A DNA stretch of 64,000 nucleotides. Source: Candidatus Bathyarchaeota archaeon. Lineage in GTDB: Archaea; Thermoproteota; Bathyarchaeia; TCS64. This document shows, in pieces, positions 15,597-25,554 of this stretch. How positions within the stretch are numbered: the first letter of the stretch is position 1; every line of letters starts with the position of its first letter. Below the pieces are notes generated by a model. That model saw only the letters and a program-made list of their open reading frames with translations. It was not told the origin of the DNA and searched no databases. The position numbers and the translations under genes were made by a program. The stretch covers positions 15,138 through 79,137 of the forward strand of contig JAFGHP010000083.1 in the NCBI GenBank assembly GCA_016930055.1. Reading direction: 5' to 3'.

Positions 15597-17372
15597 GTGG
15601 TAAGGTTGATCAATTCTATAAAGTTAAAAAAGATGTTTCTGGAATTCTTTAAGATAAATGGGCATGAAGTAATCACTAACGCATCTCTTATACCAGAGAA
15701 TGATCCTTCAGCTCTATTCACTTCAGCAGGGATGCATCCACTCGTGCCATATCTGCTTGGTCAGCCACATCCAAATGGTAGAAGGCTCGTGAATGTACAA
15801 AAATGCCTTAGAACCAGCGATATAGATGAGGTTGGTGATAGCTTCCACCTAAGCTTTTTCGAGATGTTAGGCAACTGGTCACTAGGAGATTATTTCAAAG
15901 AAAAATCTATTCCATGGAGTTACAAGTTTCTTACAGAAAAAAAGTGGCTAGGTATAAATAAGGAGAGGCTCTATGTCACCGTTTTTGCTGGAGATGAAAA
16001 GGTACCTAGAGACACTGAGAGCGCAAAAATCTGGGAGGAACTTGGTATCCCTAATGAAAAGATATTCTATTTGTCAAGAAAAGACAATTGGTGGGGTCCG
16101 GTGGGAAATACTGGACCTTGTGGACCTGATACGGAGATATTTTATGATACTGGTAAAGAGCCATGTGGAACCGATTGTAAACCTGGTTGTTCCTGTGGCA
16201 AGTATAATGAGATATGGAACAATGTTTTCATGGAATACAACAAGACTCTTGATGGTGAGTACATTCCTCTTCATCAGAGAAATGTAGATACCGGTATGGG
16301 GGTAGAGCGAACTGTTGCGGTCCTTCAGGGTAAGGACAATGTTTACGATACTGAGATATTTTTCCCTCTTATAGAGAAGCTTAAGAAACTCATGGATGTA
16401 GATGAGGTTCCAGAAACCCAAACTAGAAGCATTAGAGTAATATGTGACCACATACGTGCAGCGACATTTATCCTAGCTGAAGGGATAACACCCCTTAATG
16501 TAGAGCAAGGGTATGTCTTGAGAAGGCTAATCAGAGGAGCTATCAGACATGGCAGAATGATAGGATTAGATAAAGAATTCCTCAGTAAGTTATCCCAGAT
16601 TGTGATACTGTCGTATAATGATGATTACCCTTATCTTAAGCAGAAGGAGGAGTTCATTGTCTCAGAGCTAGTGAAGGAGTATAACAGATTTAGTAATACA
16701 TTAGCAAGAGGTTTGAACAGATTCAATAGGATTGCTGCTGAGAAAAAGAAGATTGATTCCAAAGATGCTTTTCTCCTCTATCAGAGCTTTGGCTTCCCTA
16801 TTGAGATAACAAGAGAACTAGGGTATGAGAGTGGTATTGATGTCGATGTGAATGGGTTCCACGAGGAGCTAATGAAACATCAACAGGTTTCTAAGGCTGG
16901 TGCTGACAAAAGGTTTGGTAGTGGCTTAGCTGATACTGCAGAAGCAACAGTTAAGTTACATACAGCAACACATCTACTAAATGAGGCATTGAGACAGGTT
17001 CTTGGTAAAGAGATCTACCAGAAAGGCTCAAACATAACACAGAAACGCCTCAGGTTTGACTTCAACTTCGACAGGAAAATTACAGATTACGAACTAAAAC
17101 AAGTAGAGGATTTGGTTAACAAGCAAATTAGTAAAGCTCTTCCCGTAAAAAGAATTGAGACGACTTTGGATGAAGCAATCGAGATGGGTTGCCAAGCTGT
17201 TTTTGAACAGAAGTATGGTGAGAAGGTCTCTGTTTACATTATAGACGATTTCTCAAAGGAGCTCTGTAGTGGTCCTCACGTAGAAAACACCCGTGAACTC
17301 GGTAGATTTAAGATAGTTAAAGAAGAAGGGATCTCAGCAGGAGTACGACGGATAAGAGCTATTTTGGAATAA
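15597..17372 (+). CDS. alaS: alanyl-tRNA synthetase, bacterial-type, lacking the C-Ala domain
   Basis: The 591-aa ORF has an N-terminus (FLEFFKINGHEVITNASLIPENDPSALFTSAGM...FFEMLGNWSLGDYFK) nearly collinear with E. coli AlaRS. The editing domain carries the HxxxH (HTATH) and CxxxH (CSGPH) Zn motifs, and the ORF ends right after the editing domain. The true start may be GTG at 15597 or the ATG at 15633. Confidence 0.85.
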   Translation: MVRLINSIKLKKMFLEFFKINGHEVITNASLIPENDPSALFTSAGMHPLVPYLLGQPHPNGRRLVNVQKCLRTSDIDEVGDSFHLSFFEMLGNWSLGDYFKEKSIPWSYKFLTEKKWLGINKERLYVTVFAGDEKVPRDTESAKIWEELGIPNEKIFYLSRKDNWWGPVGNTGPCGPDTEIFYDTGKEPCGTDCKPGCSCGKYNEIWNNVFMEYNKTLDGEYIPLHQRNVDTGMGVERTVAVLQGKDNVYDTEIFFPLIEKLKKLMDVDEVPETQTRSIRVICDHIRAATFILAEGITPLNVEQGYVLRRLIRGAIRHGRMIGLDKEFLSKLSQIVILSYNDDYPYLKQKEEFIVSELVKEYNRFSNTLARGLNRFNRIAAEKKKIDSKDAFLLYQSFGFPIEITRELGYESGIDVDVNGFHEELMKHQQVSKAGADKRFGSGLADTAEATVKLHTATHLLNEALRQVLGKEIYQKGSNITQKRLRFDFNFDRKITDYELKQVEDLVNKQISKALPVKRIETTLDEAIEMGCQAVFEQKYGEKVSVYIIDDFSKELCSGPHVENTRELGRFKIVKEEGISAGVRRIRAILE

Positions 17373-17513
17373 TTTTCTAATACTAACAACTTTTATTTTT
17401 ATAAGTAAAAGCAATGTCATCTTATTGCCCCTTAATTGTAATACGTAAGTCTTTTTGCCCATAATGTTTATTCTAAATCTCAGTTGAATTAGTATTGGTA
17501 GAGGTTACTCTGT

Positions 17514-20429
17514 ATGATTGACTGGAAAAAAATTGAAAATAAATGGCAACAGCGTTGGGCTGAAGCAAGAGTTTTTGAAACCGATCCCGACCCTGATAAG
17601 CTTAAGTATTATCTAACTGTAGCATATCCATATCCTAACAGTCCTCAACACATAGGTCATGGAAGAACTTACACACTAACTGATGTACATGCTAGATTAA
17701 TGCGAATGAAAGGATATAATGTACTCCTACCAATGGCATGGCATTATACAGGTACTCCATTATTTGCTATGGTTGAAAGACTAAAAGAAAAAGATCCAAG
17801 TATAATAGATACGTTTTGTAACCTCTATAATATCCCTGAATCAAAACTACCTGAATTAGAAACACCTGTATCTATGGCAAGGTATTTTGCTAAAGAAATT
17901 AAAACTGGAATGCAGAAAATTGGTTACAGTATTGATTGGAGAAGAGAATTTACAACAATTGATCCATATTATAGCAAATTTATTGAATGGCAATTTACTA
18001 AATTAAGACAACGCGGTTACATAACTCAAGGAAGCCATCCAGTAGGGTGGTGCCCTCATTGTGGTAATCCAGTAGGGCAACATGATACGGTTGGTGATAT
18101 GGAACCAGAAATTGAAGAATTTACATTAATAAAATTCAGAAAAGGAGAACTAATTTTTCCTGCAGCAACACTTCGCCCAGAAACGATTTATGGCGTAACC
18201 AATATGTGGTTAAACCCCGATGCTCTTTATGTAGAAGCTAAAATCAATGGTGAAATATGGCTAATAAGTGAAGAAGCAGTTAATAAATTAGAATATCTAG
18301 GTCATAAAGTTACAATTTTATCAGAATTGAAGGGTTCGCGTTTTATTGGTCAAAAGTTAGTTAATCCAGCAACTGGTAAAGAAATAATAATTTTACCCGC
18401 CTCTTTTGTTAACCCTAGAAATGCAACGGGAGTTGTAATGTCAGTACCTGCACATGCTCCTTTCGATTATGTTGCTTTAGAACAACTTAAAAAGGAAGTA
18501 AAAGCTAATCCTGATTCATTTAAAATTAAACCTAGTGATATTAACAAGTTAGATCCAATTAGCATAATTGATGTCCAAGGTAACAACGAGGGTTTAGCTG
18601 TTGAAATCGTTAAAAAAATGAAAATAACTTCACAAGATAGCCAAGACCTTGAAAAAGCAACTAAAGAAGTTTATGGCACCGAATATCATGGAGGCAGAAT
18701 GAAGACAAATACGGGTACTTATAGTGGTTTAAGTGTACAGGATGCTAAAGAAGCAGTAAAAATGGATTTAATTGCTAAAAGTGACGCATCAATAATGTAT
18801 GAACTTAATGAACCAGTTAAATGTAGATGTGGAACAGATGTCTTAGTAAAAATATTCGAAAACCAATGGTTCATTAATTATGGTGATCCAGAATGGAAAA
18901 GGTTAGCAAAAGAAAATATTGAAGAAATGGAGATCATCCCCCGAGAATTAAAACAAGAATTCGTAAATGTAGTTGATTGGTTAAAAGAAAAAGCCTGCGC
19001 AAGGAAAGCAGGCATGGGTACACCTTTACCATGGGCAAAAGATTGGATTATTGAATCACTAAGTGATTCAACAATATATATGGCGTATTATACTGCGATA
19101 AATGGTTTAAACGAAATTAAACCTAAGCCTGAGCAACTAACAGAGGTTTTTTGGGATTATGTATTCTTGGGTAAAGGTACATCTTCAAATATCGAAATTG
19201 AAACAGGCATACCTAAATCTAAATTAGAAGAGTTACATAATGAATTCGAATATTTTTATCCACCAGAGGCAAGACATAGTGGTAGAGATCTAATTCCTAA
19301 CCACCTTACTTTCATGATATTTATTCATGATGCAATTTTTCCACACGAAAAATGGCCTCAAGGAATAGTTGTAAATGGATCAGTTTTAATGGAAGGCCAA
19401 AAAATGAGCAAGAGCCTAAATAATATTATACCATTAAGTAATGCTATTGAAAGATTTGGGGCAGATCCTTTAAGATTAAGTTTAATGATAACAGCGGAAC
19501 CACTAAAGGATGCTGATTTTAGCCCAGATTTAGCTAAAAGCATGGGTGATGTTTTAGAAAAACTCTATAATCGAGCTCAAAGAATTATTAAAGAAAAACA
19601 TGAAGATGATGTAGAATTTACTGAAGTAGATTTATGGATGATGAGTAGACTTCAAAACCATATACAAAATGCAAACGAAGCCATGATTGATATGAAAGTA
19701 AGAAAAACCATTCACTCAGCAATTTATGACTTAGAACAGGATTTAGAATGGTATACAAAAAGAATTTCTTTTGATAAAGAGCATGCTATTAGACGTAAAT
19801 CAATAAGTAAAGTAGAGTGGGAAGTCCTTTCCTCACAAATACGAATGTTAACACCTTTTACACCACATATCTGTGAAGAGATATGGGAGGAGATGGGTTT
19901 TGACCCCTTCGTATGTTTTGCAGAATGGCCTATAGTAAAGAATGAACTGGTTAGACCCGATGCAGAAGAATTAGAGTTAATGATAAAAACTTGCATAGAA
20001 GATGTTCAAAATATTATCAGAGTAACGGGCATAAAACCTAATTTAATTCACTACTATACAGCGGATAATTGGAAATGGAAAATGTATCTTAAAGCACTAC
20101 AACTACAGGAAAGAGGGCAACTTGAAATTGGTTTATTAATTCAAGAATCTTTCAAAGACGATGAACTAAAAACAAAAACTAAGGAAGTCCCGGGGATGGC
20201 AAGAAGTTTAGTTGACGAAATAAAAAAAATTCCAGAAAAAACTCTTGGCATAAAAAAATCTTTAGGTCATGTTAATGAAGTTAAATTAATACAGGATTCG
20301 ATAAACTTCATCAGAGCTGAATTTGGATGTGATGTGACTGTATCATCAGAAAGTGATCCATGGATAATAGACCCTAGTAAACGAGCTTCAAAGGCTAAAC
20401 CATACCGACCAGCTATCTATGTCGAATAA
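17514..20429 (+). CDS. leuS: leucyl-tRNA synthetase (archaeal/eukaryal type)
   Basis: 971 aa with the HIGH motif (PQHIGHGRTY), the KMSKS motif (QKMSKSLNN) and the CP1 editing insertion. The domain organisation is archaeal. Confidence 0.9.
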   Translation: MIDWKKIENKWQQRWAEARVFETDPDPDKLKYYLTVAYPYPNSPQHIGHGRTYTLTDVHARLMRMKGYNVLLPMAWHYTGTPLFAMVERLKEKDPSIIDTFCNLYNIPESKLPELETPVSMARYFAKEIKTGMQKIGYSIDWRREFTTIDPYYSKFIEWQFTKLRQRGYITQGSHPVGWCPHCGNPVGQHDTVGDMEPEIEEFTLIKFRKGELIFPAATLRPETIYGVTNMWLNPDALYVEAKINGEIWLISEEAVNKLEYLGHKVTILSELKGSRFIGQKLVNPATGKEIIILPASFVNPRNATGVVMSVPAHAPFDYVALEQLKKEVKANPDSFKIKPSDINKLDPISIIDVQGNNEGLAVEIVKKMKITSQDSQDLEKATKEVYGTEYHGGRMKTNTGTYSGLSVQDAKEAVKMDLIAKSDASIMYELNEPVKCRCGTDVLVKIFENQWFINYGDPEWKRLAKENIEEMEIIPRELKQEFVNVVDWLKEKACARKAGMGTPLPWAKDWIIESLSDSTIYMAYYTAINGLNEIKPKPEQLTEVFWDYVFLGKGTSSNIEIETGIPKSKLEELHNEFEYFYPPEARHSGRDLIPNHLTFMIFIHDAIFPHEKWPQGIVVNGSVLMEGQKMSKSLNNIIPLSNAIERFGADPLRLSLMITAEPLKDADFSPDLAKSMGDVLEKLYNRAQRIIKEKHEDDVEFTEVDLWMMSRLQNHIQNANEAMIDMKVRKTIHSAIYDLEQDLEWYTKRISFDKEHAIRRKSISKVEWEVLSSQIRMLTPFTPHICEEIWEEMGFDPFVCFAEWPIVKNELVRPDAEELELMIKTCIEDVQNIIRVTGIKPNLIHYYTADNWKWKMYLKALQLQERGQLEIGLLIQESFKDDELKTKTKEVPGMARSLVDEIKKIPEKTLGIKKSLGHVNEVKLIQDSINFIRAEFGCDVTVSSESDPWIIDPSKRASKAKPYRPAIYVE

Positions 20430-20513
20430 ATTTTTTTATAAACTATTTACAAAAATATTTTAGGTTAGATTTATTTCCTTAATCATATTTAATCTGCAGA
20501 GTTTGGTACTATT

Positions 20514-21071
20514 ATGAATAATAAAATAGACATTGTTTCTCTTTTCAATGAAATTAACCAAATTTTTAAGAAATATAATATGCCCAAAATGATCGGTTTC
20601 ATTCCAGACAAAATCAATATTTTTCTCGAAAGAGAAAACAATTCATCTTTTAGTTTAATATATGAAGAATTCTTTACATATTTACCTAAAGAATTATTAG
20701 ATCTTTCAAGAAAAAACGCTATAGAGCTTTTAACTAAAGTAGGGATCCCCTCTGAAAAAATAACTTCATTAGATAAAGGGATACAAGTGAAAATTACTGG
20801 CGATGCTAAAATAATTCAGTTTCCTATTCTTGAATTAATTCTTCAAGATAAAAAAATCAATAAAAATTCTAAATCATTTTGCGAGGACCTAATAAAATCA
20901 ATTAACAATATTTCTGAATTTTATGAATTAATTTATAGTACAAATATTGAAGAATCGATTAGTTTAGTAGATTATATTGAGGATATTTCAAATAATATTG
21001 AAAAAAAACCTGAAATCCAACAAGAAATTGAAAAAATAGTTAAAAAATATTATAACCAAAATAACATGTAA
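20514..21071 (+). CDS. hypothetical protein
   Basis: The 185-aa ORF is Asn/Ile/Glu-rich with no recognisable motifs. Confidence 0.35.
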   Translation: MNNKIDIVSLFNEINQIFKKYNMPKMIGFIPDKINIFLERENNSSFSLIYEEFFTYLPKELLDLSRKNAIELLTKVGIPSEKITSLDKGIQVKITGDAKIIQFPILELILQDKKINKNSKSFCEDLIKSINNISEFYELIYSTNIEESISLVDYIEDISNNIEKKPEIQQEIEKIVKKYYNQNNM

Positions 21072-21118
21072 TATTTTTTATTAAACTTTTTATCTTTCCA
21101 TAGTTGTTGCAGTAAAAG

Positions 21119-22123
21119 GTGAATAATTTGAGCCCCTTCCTTTGCCTTGGAATCGAATCTACAGCAGACAATCTTGGAATAGGTATTGTTTCTTCAGAAG
21201 GAATAGTTTTAGCAAATGAAGTGAAAGTACATATACCAGAAGAAGGGGGAATACACCCTCGAGAAGCTGCAAGACATCATTCAGAAAATATTGGAGAAGT
21301 CATGAATAGAGCTTTAAATAAAACAAAATTAGGTATCGATGATATTGATATTATTGCTTTTTCACAGGGGCCTGGCTTAGGTCCATGTCTTAGAACAGGA
21401 GCAACAGCAGCGAGGGCAATTTCATCATATTTAAAGAAACCGTTAATTGGTGTTAATCATTGCGTAGGTCATATTGAGATAGGTCGTTTAACAACAGGTG
21501 CTAAGGATCCACTTACATTATATGTTTCAGGGGGCAATTCCATTGTTTCAGGCTATGAATCAGGAAAATATAGAGTGTTTGGTGAAACACTTGATATAGC
21601 AATAGGAAATTGTCTTGATACTTTTGCTCGTGCAGCAGGATTAGAATATCCAGGAGGACCAGCAATTGAAAAATTAGCTCTCAAGGGCTCTAAACTTATT
21701 CCGTTACCATATGTAGTAAAAGGAATGGATATGAGTTTTAGCGGACTTTTAACAGCGGTTTATAATGAATTTAAATCAGGGAAATATGAATTAGCTGATT
21801 TATGCTATAGTTTACAGGAAACGGGATATTCAGCTTTAGGAGAAGTGACTGAAAGAGCATTGGCACATACAAAAAAACCAGAATTACTTTTAACTGGTGG
21901 TGTTGGAGCTAACAAGAGATTGAGGGATATAATAAAATGTATTGCAGAAGAGCAGGGAGCACAACCATTTTATGTCCCAATTAATTTTGCCACAGATAAT
22001 GGAGCTATGATTGCGTGGACAGGAATATTAGCATATAAAGAAGGAATAACAACTCCAATTGAGTATAGTTATGTTAATCCAAAGTGGAGGCTTGATGAGG
22101 TAAATATACCATGGCGGATTTAA
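21119..22123 (+). CDS. kae1: tRNA N6-adenosine threonylcarbamoyltransferase Kae1 (KEOPS)
   Basis: The 334-aa ORF has LGIESTADNLGIGIV and HCVGHIE metal-binding motifs typical of Kae1/TsaD. The start is probably TTG at 21128, preceded by AAAGGTGA. Confidence 0.9.
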   Translation: MNNLSPFLCLGIESTADNLGIGIVSSEGIVLANEVKVHIPEEGGIHPREAARHHSENIGEVMNRALNKTKLGIDDIDIIAFSQGPGLGPCLRTGATAARAISSYLKKPLIGVNHCVGHIEIGRLTTGAKDPLTLYVSGGNSIVSGYESGKYRVFGETLDIAIGNCLDTFARAAGLEYPGGPAIEKLALKGSKLIPLPYVVKGMDMSFSGLLTAVYNEFKSGKYELADLCYSLQETGYSALGEVTERALAHTKKPELLLTGGVGANKRLRDIIKCIAEEQGAQPFYVPINFATDNGAMIAWTGILAYKEGITTPIEYSYVNPKWRLDEVNIPWRI

Positions 22124-22752
22124 AAATAATAGCTAAAGGAGCAGAAGCAGATATTATCCTCGATCCAAATTGGAATGGAAAAAAAGCTATTATTAAAAGA
22201 AGAAATCAAAAAAAATATAGACATCCTATGTTAGATGAAAATATTAGAAGAATACGTACAATACATGAAGCTGAAATCATACATAGAGCAAAAGAATCAG
22301 GAATTCCTACACCACTAATCTATCTAGTTAACCCCACAAAAGCAGAAATTATTATGGAATATATTGAAGGAACAAAAATAAGGGACATCGTTATGACAAA
22401 TAACGATGAAGAAAACACTAGAATTTTCTACCAAATTGGTATACAAGCTGGTAAATTGCATAAATTAAAAATAATTCATGGAGATTTAACAACTTCAAAT
22501 ATGATTAAATCGGGGAATAGAATAGTATTCATTGATTTTGGTTTAGGTGAAATCTCGGAAGAAGTTGAAAAAAGGGGAGTTGACGTAAATTTAATGAAAA
22601 AAATGCTTACAAGCACACACTATTTAAAACAAGATATACTTTTATCAGCTTTTCTAAAAGGATACGTTGCTTCAATGGATGAGGAGGCAAAAGAAGTGTT
22701 AGATCGAGCCGAGGAAATTTCTAAAAGAGGCAGATATATTGAAAAAGAATAA
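22111..22752 (+). CDS. bud32: KEOPS kinase Bud32 (PRPK/RIO-like)
   Basis: The 213-aa ORF has an atypical kinase fold (AIIKRR..., HGDLTTSNM, DFGLG). It overlaps the kae1 stop by 13 nt. Confidence 0.85.
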   Translation: MADLKIIAKGAEADIILDPNWNGKKAIIKRRNQKKYRHPMLDENIRRIRTIHEAEIIHRAKESGIPTPLIYLVNPTKAEIIMEYIEGTKIRDIVMTNNDEENTRIFYQIGIQAGKLHKLKIIHGDLTTSNMIKSGNRIVFIDFGLGEISEEVEKRGVDVNLMKKMLTSTHYLKQDILLSAFLKGYVASMDEEAKEVLDRAEEISKRGRYIEKE

Positions 22753-23293
22753 AATTTATTTGGGGACAAGTAATAAAAATAAAGTAAAAGAAGCATCAGC
22801 AATTCTTGAAAAATTTGGTATAAATTTAATACATTATCCTATTGAACGGATAGAAATTCAATCTGATAATCTGGAGGAGATTGCTATATTTAGTTTAAAA
22901 AATGTTCATGAAAAAATACCTATAGTTATCGAAGATGCTGGATTATTTATTAATAAATTCAAGGGTTTTCCTGGACCTTATAGTAGTTACGTTTTAGAGC
23001 GTCTTGGAAATCCTGGTATTTTAAAATTAATGGAAAATGTTGAAGACAGAACAGCGAAATATATTTCAGCAATTGCGTATAGAGATGAAACAGGAATACA
23101 TAACTTTAAAGGAATTGTTGAAGGATCAATAGCTTTCTCTATTAGAGGTTCAAATGGTTTTGGTTATGATCCAATTTTTATTCCAAAGGAAGGAAAAGAC
23201 CAAACATTTGGAGAGATGAGTGAACAAGAAAAAAATCTACTAAGTCACCGTTCAAGAGCTTTTATTGCCCTTGGAAAGTGGTTAACTGAGTAA
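22739..23293 (+). CDS. non-canonical purine NTP pyrophosphatase (Ham1/RdgB/ITPase)
   Basis: The 184-aa ORF has GTSNKNK, FGYDPIF and SHRSRA motifs of the Ham1 family. Confidence 0.85.
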   Translation: MKKNKIYLGTSNKNKVKEASAILEKFGINLIHYPIERIEIQSDNLEEIAIFSLKNVHEKIPIVIEDAGLFINKFKGFPGPYSSYVLERLGNPGILKLMENVEDRTAKYISAIAYRDETGIHNFKGIVEGSIAFSIRGSNGFGYDPIFIPKEGKDQTFGEMSEQEKNLLSHRSRAFIALGKWLTE

Positions 23294-23359
23294 AGCTTTT
23301 TAAACATACCTTCACTTTAACTCAGAGCTATCGGGAGATAAAGAAAAGGCGGATCATTA

Positions 23360-23806
23360 ATGGTCGGAAAATTGTCTAATATGCGTGGGCGTTCACTATC
23401 ATCTAGACCTGTTTCTAAAAGGCCTCCTACTTGGGTTCAGTATCAGCCAGATGAAGTTAAAGCCTTAATCATTAATCTTGCTAGAGAAGGAAGAAAACCC
23501 AGTGATATTGGTAATATATTAAGGGATGAACACGGTGTTCCATTAGTAAAACCAATTGTAGGTTATGGTATATCGAAAGTACTTACTGAAGCAGGAATCG
23601 CACAAACAATACCTGAAGATTTGTACAACTTAATGATAAGGGCTACTCGTTTAAGACGCCATATGGATAGAAATCCAAAAGATTTTTCAAATAAAAGAGG
23701 ATTACAAATAACCGAATCTATGATTTATAGAGTAACTAAATATTATAAAAAGATCGGGAGACTTCCAAGAGATTGGAATTATAGAAACGAAATTGTTACA
23801 ATATAA
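23360..23806 (+). CDS. rps15: 30S ribosomal protein S15 (S13e)
   Basis: 148-aa archaeal S15/S13e with an N-terminal extension and a C-terminal S15 domain. Confidence 0.9.
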   Translation: MVGKLSNMRGRSLSSRPVSKRPPTWVQYQPDEVKALIINLAREGRKPSDIGNILRDEHGVPLVKPIVGYGISKVLTEAGIAQTIPEDLYNLMIRATRLRRHMDRNPKDFSNKRGLQITESMIYRVTKYYKKIGRLPRDWNYRNEIVTI

Positions 23807-23817
23807 TCTGAACAATC

Positions 23818-25242
23818 ATGGATCCTCCTCTAGATTTTTTAAAATCTTTTGAATCAGCAGTAGATGTTATAAAAAAACACATAACTGAAGGAAATACTAT
23901 TCACATAATAACGCATAATGATGCAGATGGTATAGCTTCTGCTGGAATAATAAGTAGAACAATTCTAAGAAGTGGAGGATTATTTAAAACAACTGTCGAA
24001 AAAAGATTAGATGACGTTGTTTTTAATAGATTGGCTGAAGAAAATCCCAAAATCATAGTTTTTACAGATTTTGGGAGTGGATATTTAGAGAAAATTAGTC
24101 AAAGTCTTCCTAATCAAGATATCATTATACTTGATCATCATTTAATAATAGGTGAAAAACCAGACAACATTATACAAATAAATCCATTAAATCATAATAT
24201 CGACGGGTCAAGAGAGATTGCTGCATCTGGTGTCTGTTATTTATTATCAAAAATGATAGATGAACGAAATAAAGATCTTGCTCATTTAGGTTTAATAGGA
24301 GCACTCGGAGACCAGCAGGATAAAGGTAATCAAAAAAGCTTCATAGGATTAAATATTTTTTTAGAAGAAGAAGCAATAAAAAATAATCAACTAAAAAAGA
24401 AGGTTGATTTAATTTTTTATGGATATGAAACCCGACCAATTCACCGTGCAATTGCTTATACAACATTTCCATTTATTCCAGGTTTAAGTGGAAGAGAGGA
24501 TAATTGTGTAGCTTTTTTAAATAATGTAGGAATAGAATTCAAAAATAAAGAAAAACTGAGAAGTCTAAGTGATTTAAATGAAGAAGAAAAAAGACTACTA
24601 TTTAGTTCATTAAGTAATTATATGGTTAGTCAAGGTTGTGATTCATCAAGTGTTCATAATATTATTGGAACAGTCTACACTTTCGAAAAAGAAACTCCAT
24701 CAACTCCATTAAGAGATGGAAGAGAATATGCTAGCCTTCTAAATGCATGCGCAAGAATGATGCGTCCAAGTATTGGTTTAAGTATAGTTCTAGGGGACCG
24801 AAACGAGTCAATAATTGAAGCTGAACAAGTTGTTGAGGAATATCGACGGAAAATAGGAACATATCTGGATTGGGTTCATGAAAATAATAGGATTAAAGAA
24901 CTATCTAACATATATGTTTTAGATGCTGGTTTTGAAGTAGATGAAAATATTATTGGTGTAATTGCTAGTATACTTCAAGGACAAGGTATTTTAAAGAATA
25001 CTAAACCGATTATTTCAGCAGCTAATTCTAATGATGGCACAACGAAGATCTCAGCTAGAGGTACAGATTTTATTATTAATGCAGGATTACATTTAGGAAA
25101 AATAATGCAAGAAGCAGCGGAGCTGTGCGGTGGTAGTGGTGGAGGCCATGATATCGCAGCAGGAGCATTTATTTTACAAGATAATGTAGAGGATTTTATT
25201 AGAAGGGTAAATGAAATTGTCAGCAAACAATCAGTACGTTGA
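23818..25242 (+). CDS. DHH-family RecJ/Cdc45-like nuclease (GAN-like)
   Basis: The 474-aa ORF has a DHH motif region (HNDADGIASAG, LDHH) and a C-terminal DHHA1 GGGH motif (GGSGGGHDIAAGA). The gene is conserved downstream of rps15 in archaea. Confidence 0.8.
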   Translation: MDPPLDFLKSFESAVDVIKKHITEGNTIHIITHNDADGIASAGIISRTILRSGGLFKTTVEKRLDDVVFNRLAEENPKIIVFTDFGSGYLEKISQSLPNQDIIILDHHLIIGEKPDNIIQINPLNHNIDGSREIAASGVCYLLSKMIDERNKDLAHLGLIGALGDQQDKGNQKSFIGLNIFLEEEAIKNNQLKKKVDLIFYGYETRPIHRAIAYTTFPFIPGLSGREDNCVAFLNNVGIEFKNKEKLRSLSDLNEEEKRLLFSSLSNYMVSQGCDSSSVHNIIGTVYTFEKETPSTPLRDGREYASLLNACARMMRPSIGLSIVLGDRNESIIEAEQVVEEYRRKIGTYLDWVHENNRIKELSNIYVLDAGFEVDENIIGVIASILQGQGILKNTKPIISAANSNDGTTKISARGTDFIINAGLHLGKIMQEAAELCGGSGGGHDIAAGAFILQDNVEDFIRRVNEIVSKQSVR

Positions 25243-25477
25243 GACTTTGATTACACTAAAGTATGTTGATATAGAAACAGCAAAAATAATTTTAAATGCA
25301 GTTATACCTGACAACACCAAACTTCCCAATGATCTAGTAATTGAAATGTCAAGAAAAGACAAAGAAATAAAAATTTTAATAAAATGCAAAAAAGGAGTTG
25401 GAACAATGTTAAATACAATAGATGATTTACTTGAATGCGTTTCAACAGCTGAGAAAGTTATAAAAAAATTAAGTTAA
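25211..25477 (+). CDS. pcc1: KEOPS subunit Pcc1-like
   Basis: The 88-aa ORF shows pattern similarity to Pyrococcus Pcc1 (beta1 ETLITLKY, helix ETAKIILNAV.P, then EIKILIKCKKGVGTMLNTIDDLLECVSTAEKVIK). It overlaps the recJ-like 3' end. Confidence 0.5.
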   Translation: MKLSANNQYVETLITLKYVDIETAKIILNAVIPDNTKLPNDLVIEMSRKDKEIKILIKCKKGVGTMLNTIDDLLECVSTAEKVIKKLS

Positions 25478-25554
25478 TTTAAATTAAATTATGGAAAGCT
25501 ATATATGAGCGTTATGCATGACTAGGCTGCGTAAAAAGGAGAGACAAAATTAAC

